A stretch of 64,000 bases of DNA from Spirochaetota bacterium. Its GTDB lineage: Bacteria; Spirochaetota; UBA4802; UBA5550. Positions 40,051 to 49,984 of the stretch are shown one piece after another (positions within the stretch are counted from its first letter, which is position 1; each line of letters starts with the position of its first letter). A model generated the notes under the pieces. It did not search any database, was not told the DNA's origin, and saw nothing but the letters and a program-made list of their open reading frames with translations. The DNA lies in contig CAXXHB010000002.1 in assembly GCA_963664815.2 (NCBI GenBank), forward strand, positions 384,001 through 448,000, in the 5' to 3' direction. The position numbers were made by a program, and so were the translations under genes.

Positions 40051-40280
40051 GAAATATATCCGTATATTAAAAAATAAAAACCCACATTACTCACATAACT
40101 TATGACGACATCTGTCAAGTAAATTCGGGTAGTATTTTATCCGGTAAAAGAAGGGTAAAAGGTTGAATTTTTTATCTATGGTCTATGATTTTAAAACAGT
40201 AGTTAATCATGGAGTTTTTTTAGTTGAGAATGTATTTTTTAAGTAGACAGCTGCAATTTTATTAACAGTAAAACGAGAGA

Positions 40281-40841
40281 CTAAAATCCGAGTTCGTCAC
40301 TTATATCCTGCATTGCTTTTAAAGATATTTCTGCAAACTCCTCCAAAGGAATTCCTATTTTCTCGCACTCCATAATATTCTCCCTTTTTACAGATGCGGC
40401 AAATATTTTTTCTTTCATTCGCTTGGTTATAGATTTTGCTTTAACACTTGCGAGTTTTTTATCTGGGTAGACGAGTGTTGTTGCAAAGATAAGCCCGGTG
40501 ATAGTTTCGCATGCAGCAAGGGCATGATGGAATTTTTCCGACCTTTCCATGCCGGTAGCCTCTTCATTATGCATTTTAATTGCTTCAATAATCTCAGGAT
40601 TGTAGCCTTTTCCGGATAATATTTCAACAGCTTTGAGACCGTGGGTTTTCATATCGGCATTGGTTACTTCAACATCTATATCATGAAGAAGACCTGCTAA
40701 ACCCCATTCGTTTTCATTTTCACCAAGACGGTTTGCAACTGCACGCATTACAACCTCTGATGCAAGAGAGTGAGCGAACATTCTGTCGTTTTTAATATAT
40801 CCTTTTAACAGAGCAACGGATTCTTCCCTTGAAATAGCCAT
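40281..40841 (-). CDS. HDIG domain metal-dependent phosphohydrolase
   Basis: HSLASE, GLLHDID, HGL, MHN; ATG 40841 with GAGG RBS. Confidence 0.88.
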   Translation of the reverse strand: MAISREESVALLKGYIKNDRMFAHSLASEVVMRAVANRLGENENEWGLAGLLHDIDVEVTNADMKTHGLKAVEILSGKGYNPEIIEAIKMHNEEATGMERSEKFHHALAACETITGLIFATTLVYPDKKLASVKAKSITKRMKEKIFAASVKRENIMECEKIGIPLEEFAEISLKAMQDISDELGF

Positions 40842-40991
40842 ATCAGTACCTCTTGAATATAAGACCATTTTAAACATTTAATCATTTCATGCAAGGTTTT
40901 TTAGGGATTGAGTCGGGAAATAATTAAAGTAATTGCTATTTATGATGATTTGATACATATATAAATTGAAAATAAAAAAGGAGAATTTCAA

Positions 40992-41561
40992 ATGAAAGAG
41001 ATTGTAAAAATGATAATGTTTCCCTTTGCTGTTATGGTATTATTAATATCAATAATGGTTTTGCCCGGAGATTCTGCTCCGGTAAATGGTACTCCGTTAG
41101 GGAACAGTGACCTCAAGATTTTTTATAAGACCGGTAAATCACTCGGATTATTTTTAACACAATATAAAGAGTTCATCGATATTACAGAAAACAGCGGAAG
41201 GTGGGAGGATGAAAATAAATACCAGTATACATGGGATGAGGGCCAGGCTGCGTTTATAAAGACTACTGAGATGAAAACTCCGCAACTTGTACTGCTGGTT
41301 TTAGATGAAAACTTTAAAACTTTCAGAGGTATAAAAAAAGGTTCAACAACTGAAGAGATAATAAAAGCCTATTCAGACAATTATGAAACAATCGAAGCAG
41401 GAGATGGGGTATGGTTTGTTTATAAATGGACTGCAGGCAGCCCGGTGCCATATATAAACGGGAAAACGTTTTCTCTCTCCTTTTATATTGTGGATGATGC
41501 GGTAAAATCGGTTATGTTGAAAATGGAAAGCGAAGAGACTGAAGAGATCCCTGTAGGATAA
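40992..41561 (+). CDS. Exported hypothetical protein
   Basis: Signal/TM N-terminus; TFRGIKKGSTTEEIIKAY motif; AGGAG RBS. Confidence 0.7.
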   Translation: MKEIVKMIMFPFAVMVLLISIMVLPGDSAPVNGTPLGNSDLKIFYKTGKSLGLFLTQYKEFIDITENSGRWEDENKYQYTWDEGQAAFIKTTEMKTPQLVLLVLDENFKTFRGIKKGSTTEEIIKAYSDNYETIEAGDGVWFVYKWTAGSPVPYINGKTFSLSFYIVDDAVKSVMLKMESEETEEIPVG

Positions 41562-41831
41562 TTATCAATGAACTGATGACAAATATCCTGAAGTACTCTT
41601 TTAATCCCGAAGATGAGGATAGTATAGTATTCAATGCTTATTCGATGGAGAATAGGATAGTTATTGAAATATCAGACAATGGAAGTGGATTGCCGGAATC
41701 ATTTGATATAAAAAATTCAGATGGTTTTTAGTTTACAGGTTGTTACAATGTTAAGTGAACAGATTGGCGGTTTAATTAAATTTGAGAGAATTAATGAAAC
41801 ACGGTTTATACCTGAAATTCAGCAGGAGTAA
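41547..41831 (+). pseudogene. Frameshifted HATPase_c remnant of a HisKA_2/HWE-type histidine kinase
   Basis: Manual translation: IPVG/IINELMTNILKYSF...IEISDNGSGLPESFDIKNSDGF/SLQVVTMLSEQIGG...TRF. N, G1 and G2 boxes are present with two frameshifts and no start codon. Confidence 0.75.
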
Positions 41832-41873
41832 AAATATTTGAGAGTAAGCCGGATTTTTCTTCAGGTTGATAAA

Positions 41874-42242
41874 TTATAACCAGGGCTGATAAGAAATATT
41901 CTTTTTATCATAAACGCTTTTCAGTGCTTCTGATTCAGTTTCATATATTTCAAATAATGACATTGAATTTGTAATATTGAAAGTCTTTCTGACAAATCCA
42001 TTTAAACCGGTAATTATCAGGAATCCTCCGATTTTTTTTAACTCCAGCATTGTTGTTATAAAAACGCCAAGACCGGAGGAATCAATGAAGAATACTTTTT
42101 CCAGATTCATAATTACAAATATTTTGTCTTCAATTATCAGGTCATTGATTGCAGTTTTGAGACTGACCGCATTATAAAGATCTATTTTATCACTTGGTTT
42201 TACAATGGCAATTTTATTAACTGATTTTATCTCAATATTCAT
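41874..42242 (-). CDS. STAS domain protein (anti-sigma factor antagonist)
   Basis: KIDLYNA, FIDSSGLG, FEIYETESEAL. Confidence 0.88.
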   Translation of the reverse strand: MNIEIKSVNKIAIVKPSDKIDLYNAVSLKTAINDLIIEDKIFVIMNLEKVFFIDSSGLGVFITTMLELKKIGGFLIITGLNGFVRKTFNITNSMSLFEIYETESEALKSVYDKKNISYQPWL

Positions 42243-42457
42243 CTGGACAAATCTCTAGAGTATTCAGAAGACTGAGACCTTTTTTATTTGTAAAAAGTTC
42301 CATTTTATTTTTTTTTAATGGATGTGAAAAAAAATAATTTAATTCTATTCAATGATTGTAATGAAGCTATTATTAGTGTATTTGACTATCGCTTAAAAAT
42401 AGTTATAAACCTTCGTTGATGTTGTTATACTCCGGCTGGTGAGCATATTTAATAACT

Positions 42458-43912
42458 CTATGGTTTAAGCGCCGTAAGGTACGGGTAGCCGCTGTTTACA
42501 GACGAGGATATGCTCCATGTGGAGGTAAAGTCCCAGCCGGAATATGTATTCTGTGTTTTCATTTCAGAGGTTGTTTTACCTGCTGCATAGGAGTCCGTTT
42601 GACCTGTAGCTGTTGTATCATAAAAGCATGAAGTGTATGTCACGGAAGTATTAATGCCAACAAATCCTCCGAGATTAGTGCTTCCGGTTACTTTTCCTGC
42701 TGCATAACAGTTACTAATAGTAATAGTTGATGAAGAACCACAATTATTATTACCCACGAATCCACCTGTATTGGTAGTTCCGCTTACTGTTCCAGTAGAA
42801 TAGCAGTTGTTGATTTTTATTTCTACAGAACCTGTGGAATTTGCGCTACCATAATTATAGCCCACAAATCCGCCGACGTTGTTTGCTGATCCTGTAACAT
42901 TACATGTTGTATAGCAGTTGCTTATTGTCATTATCATTGCAACTGTTGATGAATAACAGGAGTTTTCCCCAACCAGCCCGCCGGTATGGGTTGCTCCGCT
43001 TACTGTTCCTGTTGAATAACAGTTACTTATTGATGAATGGTCATTAAATCCAACCAGCCCGCCGGTAAATAATCCAGTTCCGGTTACATTTACTGATGCA
43101 TTGCTGTTATTTATAGATGAACCATAAATGTTAAATCCAGTCAAACCCCCGACCTGATTACCGGTTCCGTTAACAGTTCCGGTGACATAACAGTTATTTA
43201 TTGTTGAATTTGAGTTCTCCCCCACAAGAATTGCTGTACAGGTACCTCCGGAGACATTTGCGTTTTTAATACCCAGATTTTTTATTGTTGCGCCTTCTGC
43301 ATATCCAAAAAGCGCTCTGAAATCCGAAGAGCCGGTTATTTTAAGATTGTTTATAATATGGCTATTGCCGTCAAATGTTCCGGTAAATTTGTAGGCCGTG
43401 TTTGTTGCATAATCACCAATGGGTGTCCAGTTTGTATAGCTGCTCAGATCAATATCAGCCATTAGTATATAGTAACAGGAGAGGTTTGATGCAGCTGACG
43501 CAAGTTCTGATGCTGTATAAATAAAACATAGAGTATTGGATGCGTTAGGCGTAATTTTAAATGTAGATGCATCAGATTTGTTGCTGTACATGTCAACCGC
43601 ATGGATGGTTATGGTATATTCGGTCGTTGAAATAAGACCGTTTATAGTACAGGTTTTTATACCTTTAGCCACATTTAAAGTAGTAGTTGTTCCTTCTGCG
43701 GTATAAGAGACTTCGGTATGATCATATGAGGGATCGGTGTCCGGTTCAGTCCAGTTGAGAGTAAGGCCGCCGGCTGTTCCAGCTGATTGTTTAAGAGTGA
43801 TAACGGCGGGAGAAATCCTGTCACCTCCGCCTGTTATTTCATTAAGACCTTCCCAGCATGAAACAGCCTGCAGGGCGTTAACCAGGAGAAGCAAAATTAT
43901 AATCCTTTTCAT
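42458..43912 (-). CDS. Lipoprotein with FN3 domain and GLUG-motif beta-helix repeats
   Basis: ATG 43912 nine nt after GGAGG; lipobox AVSC; FN3 (LNWT...YTITIHAVD); WTPIG, FTGTFDGN, repeated (T/V)GG(L/F)VG-N; WDF...GYPYL end. Confidence 0.85.
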   Translation of the reverse strand: MKRIIILLLLVNALQAVSCWEGLNEITGGGDRISPAVITLKQSAGTAGGLTLNWTEPDTDPSYDHTEVSYTAEGTTTTLNVAKGIKTCTINGLISTTEYTITIHAVDMYSNKSDASTFKITPNASNTLCFIYTASELASAASNLSCYYILMADIDLSSYTNWTPIGDYATNTAYKFTGTFDGNSHIINNLKITGSSDFRALFGYAEGATIKNLGIKNANVSGGTCTAILVGENSNSTINNCYVTGTVNGTGNQVGGLTGFNIYGSSINNSNASVNVTGTGLFTGGLVGFNDHSSISNCYSTGTVSGATHTGGLVGENSCYSSTVAMIMTISNCYTTCNVTGSANNVGGFVGYNYGSANSTGSVEIKINNCYSTGTVSGTTNTGGFVGNNNCGSSSTITISNCYAAGKVTGSTNLGGFVGINTSVTYTSCFYDTTATGQTDSYAAGKTTSEMKTQNTYSGWDFTSTWSISSSVNSGYPYLTALKP

Positions 43913-43938
43913 TTTATTCATCCTCCGGATAGATATTC

Positions 43939-45354
43939 TTATAGCCCGTGTATAATACCGGCGCTGCATCCTGAATACATACCACTGTCAGCTCCTGTCA
44001 GATAACCGAATGTCCCGCGCAGTGAGATATAAACTGAATTGCTCATCCTGTATTCAAATTCAATCCCCGCCCCTGCGGCAGGTCCCCCTTCCGACAGGGT
44101 TTTATTGGAATAGAGGTATGTTACTTCGTCGCGGGAGGTATACTTTGAATAGAGGTAGGCCCCTCCACCTGTAATAAACGGAATAACAGAGAGCTTTTCA
44201 CCAATAGTGAAATTGTAACCGGTTGTAATCATAAAAGGGATAAAGACCATGCTGTCGGTTTTGCTGAACCTGGTATCAATTGCATCTTTCCCTGTAAGGT
44301 AATAGCATCCTGTTTCTATCCCCACAGTAAAACCCTTGAAAAGATAATTATAAAGTGAAAATGAAAAGGTTCCGCCGTATCCAGTTCCCGCAATATCTCC
44401 AAAGTCACCCATGGGGAATATTACACCGGGGTAGAAGGCTATACGCATTTGCTGTCCACAGGATTCATAGGCGCGGGTTATATTCGATTCATCACCCAGG
44501 TTGTCCACTGCAGATACATAAATTTTATCAAACTTAACGTCGGGCTTTATGGTGAAGGCTGTATTTTTTACTTCGCCCATGAGTTTTTTCTCTTTACCGG
44601 AAGTTACATACACCCTGTATTTATCAACGGAGCCATCCGGGTCGACAGAAGGCTTCCATGAAATGACCTTATTGCCCGGAGGATCGGTTATATATTCTGC
44701 TTCTTCGGGTTTAAGTGGTAAAATGTTTTTTGTTGTAACCTCTATCTCGTTACTGTAGGGGGTCTCGTCATTACGCGGATCAATGCCTGTAACTACTATA
44801 AAGAAATGTCTGTTGCTCGGGAGATTTTCAAGAGTGTACTTATTGGAGCCGGATGTTGCTGCAAGTTCGTATTTACCCCCCTTCTCTTTCTTTGTGTAGA
44901 TGTTATACTTTTTCATTTTGTCGTAAGGATGGTACCATGTGAGTTTTATGGTTGTAGTGTCTGCCTCCCCTTTAAGCCCTGAAGGGTTACGCTCCGCTAT
45001 AAAAAGAACCTCTTTTCGTTCAAGCCTGAACTCCTCCGGTTTGAAGAGATCACGACGGAAGGTATAGGATTCCCTGTCTTCATCCACCATGTAGGCGGTA
45101 AAGTTTTCCCCGTTTTTTCTCTGCACTAATATTTTTCCCATGTTAAGTTCAGTGTAGAGGACCCGGATAACATTTGTACGTTTATAGGTTTCCCTTTTCT
45201 TTTCATCAGTTAGTATAGTTATTGAGGCTGCACTTTCGCTTTTAATTGCCCCCTTGTGTATGGCGCCGTCTAATGTGAAAACATACTCCGCATGAATGGG
45301 CAGAGGGAGGGTTAATAAGACGACGGTAATAAGCAGGGTATAACTATATTTCAT
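43939..45354 (-). CDS. Outer-membrane protein: N-terminal small beta domain, two FN3 domains, C-terminal OmpA-like beta-barrel
   Basis: Signal peptide; FN3 motifs (IKLTW...YTLENL; ISWKPS...VSAVDNLGDES); alternating aromatic/Gly strands at the C-terminus. Confidence 0.7.
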   Translation of the reverse strand: MKYSYTLLITVVLLTLPLPIHAEYVFTLDGAIHKGAIKSESAASITILTDEKKRETYKRTNVIRVLYTELNMGKILVQRKNGENFTAYMVDEDRESYTFRRDLFKPEEFRLERKEVLFIAERNPSGLKGEADTTTIKLTWYHPYDKMKKYNIYTKKEKGGKYELAATSGSNKYTLENLPSNRHFFIVVTGIDPRNDETPYSNEIEVTTKNILPLKPEEAEYITDPPGNKVISWKPSVDPDGSVDKYRVYVTSGKEKKLMGEVKNTAFTIKPDVKFDKIYVSAVDNLGDESNITRAYESCGQQMRIAFYPGVIFPMGDFGDIAGTGYGGTFSFSLYNYLFKGFTVGIETGCYYLTGKDAIDTRFSKTDSMVFIPFMITTGYNFTIGEKLSVIPFITGGGAYLYSKYTSRDEVTYLYSNKTLSEGGPAAGAGIEFEYRMSNSVYISLRGTFGYLTGADSGMYSGCSAGIIHGL

Positions 45355-45499
45355 GCTATTCTCCTTCAGGGGATTATTGTTCCCGGGAAAGTTTTTTTGT
45401 CATATTTTAATACTATAGTAGAACTAATTATTTAATTCTGAAGAATAATTTCAACAACTATTCGGAATGATCTGTGAAGATTTAGTGTCTATGCAGATA

Positions 45500-47254
45500 C
45501 TATTCGCGAAAAGTGTTCATTTTTTTACAGATGTCAGGATTTGTTTCCGAGATATTATTTTTTTCAGCAGGATCAGCTTTCAAGTCATATAACTCTTCGG
45601 TATTATATCGTCTGTTTAGAATGTATTTATATCTTCCGTCACTGCATCCCCAGTATGGAGTGCTGAAGCTTGTAAAAAAAACAGCCTTCCTCAGAGTGTC
45701 AGTAAAAAGGCTGGATCCTTCAGGATTGAAGTTTCCATAAGGTGTACCTGTCAAATCAAGGATAGTGGGCGCTATGTCCAGGTGGCTTGTAACCTGATTG
45801 TATTCAACTTTTTTAGGGAATATAACCGGGTTTATTATCATTGCAACTGTGTGTACATTTTCATCATAAAGATAAATCGAATGTAAGTAGTTTCTTGTGT
45901 GCTGGTAGAATGCTTCACCGTGGTCAGAAACCAAAACAAAGAGAGTATTTTTCTCCAGCCCGTTTTTAACAAGCAGTGCATAGCATTTTCCTATCACATC
46001 GTCTGCGCCATGAAGAGCATTTTTGTACATGTCAAATGGTTTAGCCGTTCCGAATACCTCGTAGGATTTTGAACAAACATCATACGGGTGATGCGGATTT
46101 ACAGAACTGAGAGCAAGAAAGAATTTTTCCCTTGAATGAGTCTTTAAAAAACTCTCCATATACCATATAAGGGTGTTATCTTCAAGACCCATTGAGGTTG
46201 TCCTGCTTTCAGGGTAAAGTGCCCTGAGTTCTGTGCTGTCGCTTACCTTGTTAAAGTGCGGCAGCAGGAAGTCTTTCTCGTAGTATTCCTTCCCGTCAAC
46301 GGGCATAACAAACTCGGAGTAGTATCCTGCCCCGGAAAGCACCTGCGCAAAGGAGATGTCTTTCCTGCTCATAGCAAGGAATTGTTTCCAGTTCCTGGAG
46401 ACATAGGGGAAACGGCCGGTCATAAGGCTGTAGACGGCTTTAAGCGTAGCCGGTTCGGTGGTGTAATGTGAATTGAGCACAAGGGCTCTGTCTGACAGTG
46501 AAACAATATTTGGCGTAACTTCCGGACTGAGGTATCCTGGCGTTGTTGATTCAAGTATAAACATCACGACGTTCATGTTTTTCGCTGAGCCGGGTGCTGC
46601 GGAAGCAAATGCCTTACTGCTTTTCAAATTGGGCCTGGTGATGTGACTATTCTGATAATTTTCAGTATTCTGTTGATCTTTATTGCTGAAGATGGAGGAT
46701 GTAAGCTCGAGGATGGGGTCACGATCAATTGAGTGAAACTCGGTTTTGCTGCTGCGGGAGTAAAGAGCCGATGATGAAATGATGAATACTATGGTTGCTG
46801 TGAGAATAACCGGTACTCTGTGTTTGAACCCTCTGACTTTTCCGGCGTAAAGCGATAAAACTGCATAAACAATTCCTGTAACAGCCAAAGCAACAGTGAG
46901 GATATCGGTTTCCTGTATAAAACTGTTTTTATAAAGACTAAGGTAGTTAATCTGTTGAAAAAGTTCATACGTCATAAAAGTCCCAATGGTAAGGTAAAGC
47001 TTTATGTTAAGCATGGTTATCATAATTATAAAAAAATAGATGATTGATACAGGTATGGCTAATGTTTTTTTTAAACATCGCGCAGATTTAAGTATCGGCA
47101 GGTCAAGGAACAGAAAAACCAGCCCGCTCATAAGTATGCTGCTGAGGAAAAAGTATGGAAGAGACAGAAGAATATTGTACGAGAAATTAATTGATATAAG
47201 AAAAATCTTCAAAATTATTGAAAGGATTAGATAAAAAAACCACAAATTGCCCAT
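45500..47254 (-). CDS. LTA synthase family / sulfatase-like membrane transferase
   Basis: N-terminal TMs, NVVMFILES, Thr nucleophile region EPATLKA, HHPY, SDHGE, SHLDIAPT, ELYDL. Confidence 0.85.
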   Translation of the reverse strand: MGNLWFFYLILSIILKIFLISINFSYNILLSLPYFFLSSILMSGLVFLFLDLPILKSARCLKKTLAIPVSIIYFFIIMITMLNIKLYLTIGTFMTYELFQQINYLSLYKNSFIQETDILTVALAVTGIVYAVLSLYAGKVRGFKHRVPVILTATIVFIISSSALYSRSSKTEFHSIDRDPILELTSSIFSNKDQQNTENYQNSHITRPNLKSSKAFASAAPGSAKNMNVVMFILESTTPGYLSPEVTPNIVSLSDRALVLNSHYTTEPATLKAVYSLMTGRFPYVSRNWKQFLAMSRKDISFAQVLSGAGYYSEFVMPVDGKEYYEKDFLLPHFNKVSDSTELRALYPESRTTSMGLEDNTLIWYMESFLKTHSREKFFLALSSVNPHHPYDVCSKSYEVFGTAKPFDMYKNALHGADDVIGKCYALLVKNGLEKNTLFVLVSDHGEAFYQHTRNYLHSIYLYDENVHTVAMIINPVIFPKKVEYNQVTSHLDIAPTILDLTGTPYGNFNPEGSSLFTDTLRKAVFFTSFSTPYWGCSDGRYKYILNRRYNTEELYDLKADPAEKNNISETNPDICKKMNTFRE

Positions 47255-47435
47255 CGTCTGAAACCTGTTTATCTATACTATTACTTTAATATAATAGGTT
47301 TCCGCATTAATCCGGTGTCAAGCGGTTATTCTTTTTGATTTGACGATTTATTAACATATTTTAAAACCATATATATGATATTGATCTGTTATGTATAAAA
47401 TTATTTTATATATAATTAATACCCGGGGAGATAAA

Positions 47436-47963
47436 ATGAAAAAACTTAATTTAAATTTTGCAACAGCTATTATTCTTATTTTGCTTACAGGGATTACATC
47501 TCTTTACGCGGAGGATTTTAAATTTCCGGTGGATGAATATGGCAATGACTATACTTTTTTCGCAGACAAGAGCACCTATGTCGCACAGGTCAATGCCGGG
47601 AATACAAATTCCTCCGGTGCAGAGAGCACTGCAGATATAAATATGCATAAAATTCTGGGATGGAGTACACTGGCCTCTGCACTGGCAACCTTCGCAGCTA
47701 TAGGCTTGGGAGGTAAAGACCTTCACTGCGGGCTTGCATATACCTCGACAGCTCTTGCCGTAGCAACATGTACAACAGGTTACTATTCATACAGCGATGT
47801 ATTGGGTAATGATACACTTTACACAACACATGCCCTGCTCGGTACACTTGCCACTGCAGGATTCGGTGCAGCACTTGCAATGGCTGATGGAGGTCCTCAT
47901 GCGGTCGTGGGAGCTTCATCGGGAGTTGTCTTTGTTTTTACAATAGGGATGGTATATTTCTGA
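47436..47963 (+). CDS. Hypothetical membrane protein
   Basis: Signal peptide then four hydrophobic helices each preceded by His (MHKILG, LHCGL, THALLG, PHAVVG). Confidence 0.65.
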   Translation: MKKLNLNFATAIILILLTGITSLYAEDFKFPVDEYGNDYTFFADKSTYVAQVNAGNTNSSGAESTADINMHKILGWSTLASALATFAAIGLGGKDLHCGLAYTSTALAVATCTTGYYSYSDVLGNDTLYTTHALLGTLATAGFGAALAMADGGPHAVVGASSGVVFVFTIGMVYF

Positions 47964-48008
47964 TATTATTAATATCCTAAATGTACATGCAGATAAAATG
48001 GCGGTTTT

Positions 48009-48869
48009 TCAGACAGTAATAACCATTCCTTCGGAACAGGCAAAAAATTCCAGGGATATTTTTTTTTCATTTATATATTTACGATATAAATCAACCTGCT
48101 GATCAATTTCATCATCAGTACGATCCGGGTCGTGATGAAACAATCCCAGACGTTTAACACCGGCTTTAAGTGCAAGATTAACTGCATCGCCGAATGTTGA
48201 GTGGCCCCATGTGATGGTTTTTTTATATTCATCTTCGGTATACTGTGCATCGTGAATCAGGAGATCGGCGTCCCTGCAGAAATCAGCATATTCTTCCATA
48301 GAGAGACCCCCATCATGGATGTATCGCAGTTCATTGTCTGAAAGGAAGACAAAGGATTTTCCGTTGCTGACAAATTTGAAACCGTAACCACCGTTAGGGT
48401 GATTGAGAGGAATTGAACTGCACCTGATAGATTTTATTCTGCCACCAGGGGAGTGATCACAAATGCCCTGACTGCAGTGACAACCTTCTGTAAAAGTTGC
48501 TTTCATTGCGGATATTTCCACTGGGAAATAAGGGGGTTCCATCTGGTGAGTAACATATTTCATTACTGTACCTTGAGGTACAGGTCCGCCGCATAAAGAC
48601 ACTTTGCAATCCGAGAAATATGCCGGCCTGAAAAAAGGGAAACCTGAAAGATGATCCCAATGGGCATGGGTAAAGAGAATTGTTAAGTTTTTATCCCCAT
48701 CTTTTAAAATTTCATTCCCCAGCTTCCTTATACCCGATCCTGCATCAATTATGAGTCTTTCCCCTTCATCAGATATTATTTCAATGCAAGTAGATTCGCC
48801 GCCGTAAATAAGAGTTTCTTTTCCCGGCGCCGGTATTGATCCCCTGCATCCCCAGATTTTAACTTTCAT
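48009..48869 (-). CDS. MBL-fold metallo-hydrolase
   Basis: WGCRGSIP, YGGESTC, THAHWDH, HDAQY, WGHS, FHHDP. Confidence 0.9.
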   Translation of the reverse strand: MKVKIWGCRGSIPAPGKETLIYGGESTCIEIISDEGERLIIDAGSGIRKLGNEILKDGDKNLTILFTHAHWDHLSGFPFFRPAYFSDCKVSLCGGPVPQGTVMKYVTHQMEPPYFPVEISAMKATFTEGCHCSQGICDHSPGGRIKSIRCSSIPLNHPNGGYGFKFVSNGKSFVFLSDNELRYIHDGGLSMEEYADFCRDADLLIHDAQYTEDEYKKTITWGHSTFGDAVNLALKAGVKRLGLFHHDPDRTDDEIDQQVDLYRKYINEKKISLEFFACSEGMVITV

Positions 48870-48881
48870 TGAAAGTACCTC

Positions 48882-49436
48882 TTACTTTTTTTTATTATTT
48901 GAACTATGAAATCTTACCCATGGAGGAATAATTTTGAAAGTCTTATCCGCGAAGGTATTACGAACCCTTTCTGAACGGAGAAAATACGGGATGCATATTG
49001 AGGAAAATATGAGTGAGATTAATAATTCCCGCAAAGATGAAGTGTTATTCAATGCTCCTACAGTATCTATCATATCTGCCATTAAAAAATCGCAGGTGAA
49101 AAAGAAGAGGTTTGCCAGCAGAAAAAGAATAAACATCAGGGGAAATCTGTGATTCTTTTTGAAAAAGAAAAAAAGAAGCAGAATGGACAGTATTATGAAA
49201 ATGATATTACCTGTTATTTCAAATATAATTACCGGTGCCCAGAGTTTATGATATGCCGGTGATTCCGGGGTTGTGAGAATTAACCAGTAGTCTTTTGCAT
49301 AAAAAGGCAGAAAATTGGTGAAGAGATAAATTATGTTTTTAAGCGGTATAAAAAAAAGGACAATAATCGGAAGTATAAGCCAGCCGCTTATCCCTTTCAG
49401 CTCTTTTCTCTTCTCAGGCATGATTAGTCGCTCCAT
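48882..49436 (-). CDS. DUF2569 family membrane protein
   Basis: GISGWLILP N-terminal and IPYFLRSERVRNTF C-terminal motifs. Confidence 0.8.
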   Translation of the reverse strand: MERLIMPEKRKELKGISGWLILPIIVLFFIPLKNIIYLFTNFLPFYAKDYWLILTTPESPAYHKLWAPVIIFEITGNIIFIILSILLLFFFFKKNHRFPLMFILFLLANLFFFTCDFLMADMIDTVGALNNTSSLRELLISLIFSSICIPYFLRSERVRNTFADKTFKIIPPWVRFHSSNNKKK

Positions 49437-49763
49437 TACTTACTTTTCATATGTAAAGTTAAAGATTTCAACTGTTATTTTTTAACATCTGTAAATTATT
49501 TAATAAATATCTGGTGTATGGTAATTTTTTATTAAATAGAAGGTCAAATGAAACATTGGATCAAAACAGAATCTCCATTTCGTGGTATTTTACAGACAGT
49601 CTATTGACAGTATTCAAACAGTATGCTCACCCTTTCAGACATAAGTAAACTACTGTTAATATAAGGTCAGTAAAGGGTCTATAAACCGTCTGAAATCGAT
49701 GGCTTTCTATCCAATATGAAAGACTTAATTATTCTAACAATTCATGAAAAACCTTCATACTTG

Positions 49764-49839
49764 AAAAGACTTTATATTACAAAAAAGAGTGTAGTAAAAA
49801 TAACCTTTAGATAAAGTCTTTTTATTTTTACTACACTCT
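49764..49839. repeat. Palindromic element with two interleaved inverted repeats (MITE-like or structured)
   Basis: 18-bp inverted repeat 49786-49803/49822-49839 and 12-bp inverted repeat 49764-49775/49811-49822. Confidence 0.6.
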
Positions 49840-49984
49840 CAAAACCTGCAACAGTTAATCTTATAATAGTAATTCGAGAGGATTTTTTTTATAAATTTAT
49901 TCTATTAACCTGTTGACATTATATAAAATAGTATAATAAAAGCTTTAATATTTACATTGCTGCCGAGTTAGAGCGCGAAACTCT

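Noticed and set aside
42660-43200. Recurring nucleotide motifs such as CCAACCAGCCCGCCGGTA and CCGCTTACTGTTCC
   Set aside because: They are codons of the GLUG repeats within the lipoprotein, not an independent repeat element
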